Assembly (NCBI GenBank): GCA_024137785.1
Contig: JAHRHZ010000126.1
Coordinates: 274,719 to 338,718, forward strand
Origin: Ginglymostoma cirratum
Lineage: Eukaryota
DNA length: 64,000 nt
Direction of reading: 5' to 3'
Part shown: piece after piece, positions 62,481 to 64,000 of the stretch
Layout of the letters: every line of letters starts with the position of its first letter
How positions within the stretch are numbered: the stretch's first letter is position 1
Notes under the pieces: generated by a model
Databases searched by the model: none
The model's input: only the letters and a program-made list of their open reading frames with translations
What the model was told of the DNA's origin: nothing
Program-made: the position numbers and the translations under genes

Positions 62481-63284
62481 CTTTACCTGTAAAAAGAAAA
62501 GTCATATGTTTTAAGAATTTAGGAAGTTTACAATGTAGTGTAGTTTCTGATTTGAGTATATTTGCAAATTGCATCTTAGCACTCAAAAGAGAGCTTTTTA
62601 AGGTTCTGCTTTCCTTTTGTCTGGCTGCTAGCCAGCTGACTTCCAGCAGTCCGAGAGGGCCTGTACCTGCAAAACAGGTACCTGGGGGGTAGTTCTTCTA
62701 CTGTAATGGTCACAGTAACAGGCTTCTTGGAGACCACTGGGTATGCAATTTCTTTCAGTCCAAATGGGTCATTGCTGAGGAACAGATTGATCCCATCCAT
62801 AAACAGAGTGGGGGGTTGGATTCCATGGTCACCAGCCCCAACACAAGGACACTCTTCAGATGCATGCAGTGAAAAAGGAGCATGTACATGTACCCTCCTT
62901 TAAATCATTTTTACCAGCAACAGAGTCTGGCTGGCTCTACTATTCCCTAGCATCACTAAAGGTTTGCTAGTCACATCCTGGCAAAATGTGGCCGCCCTTC
63001 TTTTAGATACAAAATACCACAGACTGTTTAACGTCACCACTTTAAACTCCTCAAGCAAATTTTGAAAGAGATCATTAGTTCGGTGATATTCTTCCCCCAC
63101 CCCCTTCAAGTAGCCTTCTGTATTAAGTGCTAAAAGCCACTGGACAAAAACAAACTGCTTAAGCCTTTAAAAGTTTCCAGCCGGTCTGGACAGGCCATTC
63201 ACTGCAGGTAGAGGACAAACTGACAAGAATAACTACAGCTGTTTCTGTTTGGAGCTGTGGTGGGCCTACAGTTTTTAAAGAAAT

Positions 63285-63597
63285 CATTCATGGGATGTGG
63301 GAGTTGGTGGCTGGGGCAGAATTTATCATCTATCCTTAACTGCCTAAAGAGTTAACCACATTGCAGTTGGTCTGGAGTCACATGTCGGCCAGACCAGGTA
63401 AGGATGAACAGCAGATTTCCTTCCCTAATAGTGAACCAAACAGGCTTTTCCAACTATTGGCAATAGTTTCACGGTCATCATTAGGAGAATTCTGCAAGTA
63501 AGAGCCTACCTGCCATGACAGGATTTGAACCTGGGTCCCCAGAATGTTACTTGGGTTTCTGGATTAATAGTCTAGCACTAATACCAGTAGGCCATCG
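63285..63597 (-). mobile_element. tRNA-derived SINE with LINE-derived tail
   Basis: Minus strand GATGGCCTACTGGTATTA head, CAGGTTCAAATCC B box, tail CCCACATCCCATGAATGA related to the 61975-62480 LINE family. Confidence 0.7.
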
Positions 63598-64000
63598 TTT
63601 CCATTTGGTTAGATCAGAAAATGACCAGGCAGTATAGGATAGTGCACCTCGATCAGGAGGCCAGTACACTAAGCTAGCCCTGCCTCAGTGAAATTGGCTG
63701 GCATCAAATTAAAACTGGTTCAGGACCGGATCTGCAGAGAACACTAGTGTGTTAAAAAATTAAACTAGCTAGTCTACTATGATCAAAGTAACCTGGATGT
63801 AATTTGACCATTTGCATCTCAGAGTTAGAGCTTCAGCTATGAATATATAAAGTGTAGAAAAGGCAAATGCCATTGTCAAAACTTGAAATGGGGCTAATTT
63901 TAACATTTTAGACTAGGTGCAATACAAAGATGTGTATATCCACAAATGTGTATGAAAGACTTTAAAACATATTTAATACATCCATTACACTGTCGAAAAA

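Noticed and set aside
62576-62800. 74-aa minus ORF (DPFGLKEIAYPVVSKKPV...) and hairpin GTACCTG-CAAAA-CAGGTAC
   Set aside because: No recognised homology, an in-frame stop ~100 nt upstream, no convincing splice pair; a 7-bp stem is expected by chance

Overview
AT-rich, repeat-dense vertebrate DNA. HE1-type V-SINEs, HER1/CR1 LINEs with a (GTTCTAT)n tail, a DeuSINE and Neptune-type Penelope elements point to a cartilaginous fish, probably a shark (inference). I recognise no host protein-coding gene, so the window looks intronic or intergenic. The long ORFs are two young 5'-truncated CR1 copies (5031-7216 minus, 36493-38367 plus) and Penelope RT/GIY-YIG fragments. Older remnants include Harbinger, Gypsy, an RTE-like LINE and a solo LTR, and there is a 400-N gap. 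Main observations: (1) two dispersed families of short Penelope-derived units carry minimal hammerhead-ribozyme cores, one inserted alone with a 13-bp target duplication; (2) the two CR1 copies share a premature stop and several non-consensus residues, suggesting a defective source element mobilised in trans; (3) inverted Penelope structures; (4) speculative splice-bounded exons in unique DNA on both strands. All calls were made by eye without database searches, and boundaries of old repeats are approximate.
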